Shown here one piece after another: positions 59,971 through 64,000 of a stretch of DNA of 64,000 nucleotides. The DNA is from Octopus sinensis (Eukaryota), in NCBI RefSeq assembly GCF_006345805.1, contig NC_043001.1, positions 83,948,001-84,012,000 on the forward strand. Direction: 5' to 3'. Position numbers and translations under genes: made by a program. The number at the start of each line of letters is the position of its first letter. Positions within the stretch are counted from its first letter, which is position 1. Below the pieces are notes generated by a model, which had not been told where the DNA came from, searched no databases, and saw only the letters and a program-made list of their open reading frames with translations.

Positions 59971-60721
59971 ACACACACATGCACACATGCACACACACAT
60001 AAACTCATATACCCTGGAGCTGTTGGATTCTTATCACAATCAGCTGTCTCTTGTATTTCCTGTTTGATTTATTTGACATTAGTTTCGGATGACCTTCACA
60101 CTCTTAGCTAAGTTGAGAAAAATCCTCACCACCACCCTTACCACCATCGCTGTCGCCACCACCACCACAGCTGCCACTGCCACCACCACAACCATCAGCT
60201 GCAACAGCAGTACTACCACCATCACCACTACAACAACAACAACGATGACCATGACCACCACCACCACCACCACCACAACCACCACCACCACTATCACTCC
60301 CATCATCATCACCAGCATGACCACCAGCAACATCACCATCATCACTAGCACCATCATCATCACCATCATTATTATCATCATCATTATCATGACTACTACG
60401 ATGACTACAATGATGATAACGACCCCACCACTACAACCACCACCACCACCACCATGTTTTCATTCTAATTATAGCTCTTGTTATGCTTATATCATATTGT
60501 TTTTTTCTTTTATTATTTCTATTTGTTTTCTTTTTTTTTAATCATTTGCTGTTATTTATTTTATTTTACTTTAATCTCTTTACTTACTTAATCTAGTTAA
60601 TCTATGCCAGATGAAGCCAGGGTTTTTTTCCTCCGTGTTAGTTAATCTGACTGGCATCTTCTTCAACTTGTTGCAAAGGGATTATTTATTATACATTCCA
60701 ACTGTCAACCAACAAACCATC

Positions 60722-61670
60722 CAGCCAGCCATACACACATACATACATGCACATATATATACACACACTTCTATCCATACATACATATATACATACATGC
60801 ATACATACATACACACATATATATATACACATGTCTATCCATACACACATACATACATGCACATATATATACACACACTTCTATCCATACATACATACAT
60901 ACATGCATACATACACATGTCTATCCATGCATACATACATACACATATATATATATATATATACACACATGTCTATCCATACACACATACATACATGCAC
61001 ATATATATACACACACTTCTATCCATACATACATATATACATACATGCATACATACACATGTCTATCCATGCATACATACATACACATATTTAAATACAC
61101 ACTTGTCTATCCATACAAACATACATACATGCACATATATATACACACACTTCTATTCATACATACATACATGCATACACACACACGTCTATCCATACAT
61201 ACATATACATATACACACACACGTCTATCCATACATACATATACATATACACACACACACACATCTATCCATTTACACATACATACATGCATGCACATAT
61301 ATATACACACACACTATCCATATATACATACATGCATACATACACACACACATTTGTCTATCTATACAAACATACATATACACACGTCTATCCATACATG
61401 CACATCCATACATGCACATATATACACACATATGTCTATGCATATATATATATACACACATCTATCCATACATGCACACATACATACATACACAAATACA
61501 TACATACATGCACACACACATATATACACACATCTATCCATCCATACATACACACATCCATCCATACATACACACATCCATCCATATATACATACATAAT
61601 ACATGCACAGACATCTATTCATCCATCCATCCATTTATACATCCATCCATCCATACATACATACACACAT
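60722..61670. repeat. Compound TACA/TA/CA satellite with recurring CTATCCAT anchors
   Basis: Repeated blocks of about 110-130 bp built from microsatellite subunits. Confidence 0.85.
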
Positions 61671-61949
61671 AAACGTATATGTACATCTTTTATTTTTTGT
61701 CTTTATTTGTTTCACTCATTAGACTATGGCCATACTGGAGCACCGCCTTGAAGAATTGCTAGTCAAAGGAATTGGTCTCAGTACTTATTTTTGTATTTTA
61801 AACCTGCTACTTATTCTATCAGTCTCTTTTGCTGACCTGCTGGGATATAGGGATGCAAACAAACCAGCATTGGTTATCAAGTGGTGGTGGTGGTGGGAAC
61901 AGAGACAGACCTAAAGACACACACACACACATTGATTGATATACATATA

Positions 61950-62400
61950 CCCTTTTACTCTTTTACTTGTTTCAGTCATTTTGACTGTGGCCATGCTGGA
62001 GCACAGCCTTTACTTGAGCGAATCGACCTCAGGACTTATTCTTTGTAAGCCTAGTACTTATTCTATCGGTCTCTTCTGCCGAACCGCTAAGTGACAGGGA
62101 CGTAAACACACCAGCATCAAGCGATGTTTGGTGGGACAAACACAGACACACAAACATACACACACACACACACATATATATATACATATATTGTGTGTGT
62201 GTATGTGTATATATATATCTATATATATATATATATACGATGGGCTTCTTTCAGTTTCCATCTACCAAATCCACTCACAGGGCTTTGGACGGCCCGAGGC
62301 TATAGTAGAAGACACTTGCCCAAGGTGACATACAGTGGGACTGAACCCGGAACCATGTGGTTGGTAAGCAAGCTACTTACCACACAGCCACTCCTGCACC
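61950..62400 (-). mobile_element. SINE family B
   Basis: Reverse complement of the 7160 and 59132 copies. Confidence 0.85.
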
Positions 62401-62424
62401 TATATGTGCATGTATGATAGAGCA

Positions 62425-62700
62425 TGTCTTAAGAGAGAAAAATTGGGTACAAGAGGCATCGGACGAAGTGCACAAGAGAGAAGACTGTATGGTCACGTGA
62501 TGCATATGGACGAGAACAGCTGCATAAAGAAGCGCTGATCTCTAATTGTGGAAGGAACCTGCAAAAGAGGTAGACCTACGAAGATGTGGAATAAAATGGT
62601 GAAATGTAATCTTCGGATGTTGAGTCTCACAGAGGTGATGATAAGTGACCGGGTCTTCTGGCAATTTACTGTGCTTGAGAAGACATTTCAATCTTAGTGG
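62425..62700 (+). mobile_element. Decayed RTE LINE 3' fragment
   Basis: LREK...QERRL.YGHVMHMDENSCIKK...VEGTCKRGRPTKMW. Confidence 0.7.
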
Positions 62701-64000
62701 AATGGTGGTTGTGGCCTAGTAATAGGCGTAGGAGTGGCTGTGTGGTAAGTAGCTTGCTTACGAACCACATGGTTCCGGGTTCACTCCCACTGCGTGGCAC
62801 CTTGGGCAAGTGTCTTCTACTATAGCCTTGGGCTGACCAAAGCCTTGTGAGTGGACTTGGTAGATGGAAACTGAAAGAAGCCCGTTGTAAGGCGGTGCTC
62901 CAGCATGGCCACAGTTAAATGACTGAAACAAGTAAAGGAATAAAGGAGTACTGGTGACATGAGAATGACATCCATGCTAGTGACATGTAAAAGGTACCTG
63001 TACCAGCGATATGTTAAAAAGCACCCGTGCTAGTGACATGTGGGAGGCATGCGTGATGGTGACATGTAAAAAGGCAACCATGCTGTTGACACATAAAAGA
63101 TACCTGTGCCGGTGACACATAAATGGCTCCTAGTGGTTGGTGTTAGGAAGGGCATCCAGCCATAAAAATCAAGCCAAAACAGACTGGAACCTGGTGCAGT
63201 TCTCTGGCTTACCATATCCAGTTAAACTGTCTAACCCATGCCAGCATGGAAAACGGACATTATATGATAATGATGACAATGATGATGATGATGATGACAA
63301 TGAGGATGATGATGATGACAGGCTTCTTTTAGTTTCCATGTACTAAATCCACTCACAAGGTTTTGGCTGGCCTTAGGTTATGGTACGAAACAATTGCCCA
63401 ACGTACCATGCAGTGTGATTGAACTCAGAACTATGTGGTTGGGAAGAAAACTTCTTACCACACATTAGACTATGGCCATACTGGGGCACCATCTTGAAGA
63501 ACTACTAGTCAAATGAATTGGTCCCAGTACTTATTTTTGTATTTTGAACCTGCAACTTATTCTATCAGTCACTTTTGCTGACCTGCTGAGATACAGGGAT
63601 GTAAACAAACCAGCATTGGTTGTCAAGTGCACCTACATATATATATACATACACATATACATAGATAGATACATACATACACATACATATATATAACATA
63701 CACTAACATATATAGTGCATACATACAAATACATCTACATACATGCATATCATAATCATCATTTAATGTCCTTTGTCCATGCTGGCTGGCTTGAGTTGGA
63801 CGGTTAGATCAGGGCTGGTAAGCTGGAAGGCCACACAAGACTCCAGTCTGATTTGGCATGGTTTTCTATGGCTGGATGCCCTTCCTAATGCCAACTACTT
63901 CGAGAGTGTAATGAGTGCTTTTACACACCACCGGCACAAGTGCCATTTAGGTGACACCAGTATCTGCCACGACTACAATTTTTCTCGGTTTGATGGGTCT

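Noticed and set aside
60588-60657. Candidate first exon of the membrane-protein gene (ATG...|GTAAGT, phase 1, MPVRLTNTEEKNPGFIWHRLTRL)
   Set aside because: It is in phase but has no signal peptide for a type-I membrane protein; it could be chance and needs cDNA.

Overview
This is an AT-rich, microsatellite- and SINE-dense animal genomic window, not prokaryotic. The repeat landscape looks like a coleoid cephalopod (Octopus-type), which is an inference from recalled repeat style and not a database result. Two convergent spliced genes can be rebuilt by hand with GT-AG sites and closed reading frames. (1) On +, an inter-alpha-trypsin-inhibitor heavy-chain-like gene (VIT + vWA + C-terminal domain) has 13 visible exons at 5861-26280 and lacks its 5' exons; its linker is built from 21/15/15-nt micro-exons plus a 90-nt Pro/Thr/Arg exon. 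(2) On -, an orphan single-pass membrane protein gene has 5 visible exons at 53023-39887, a duplicated Cys-rich helical ectodomain and PPxY motifs in the tail. The rest is transposon-derived: an uninterrupted 5'-truncated CR1-type LINE nested in a mariner, further mariners and MITEs, R4/Dong-like LINE ends sitting in (TAA)n, RTE, L1/Tx1 and I-clade LINE fragments, an RT-deleted Gypsy, a non-autonomous Helitron, several tRNA-SINE families, and Penelope-like remnants with hammerhead-ribozyme-like cores. Most ORF-track entries are microsatellite or SINE artefacts. All coordinates were counted by eye; repeat boundaries are approximate.
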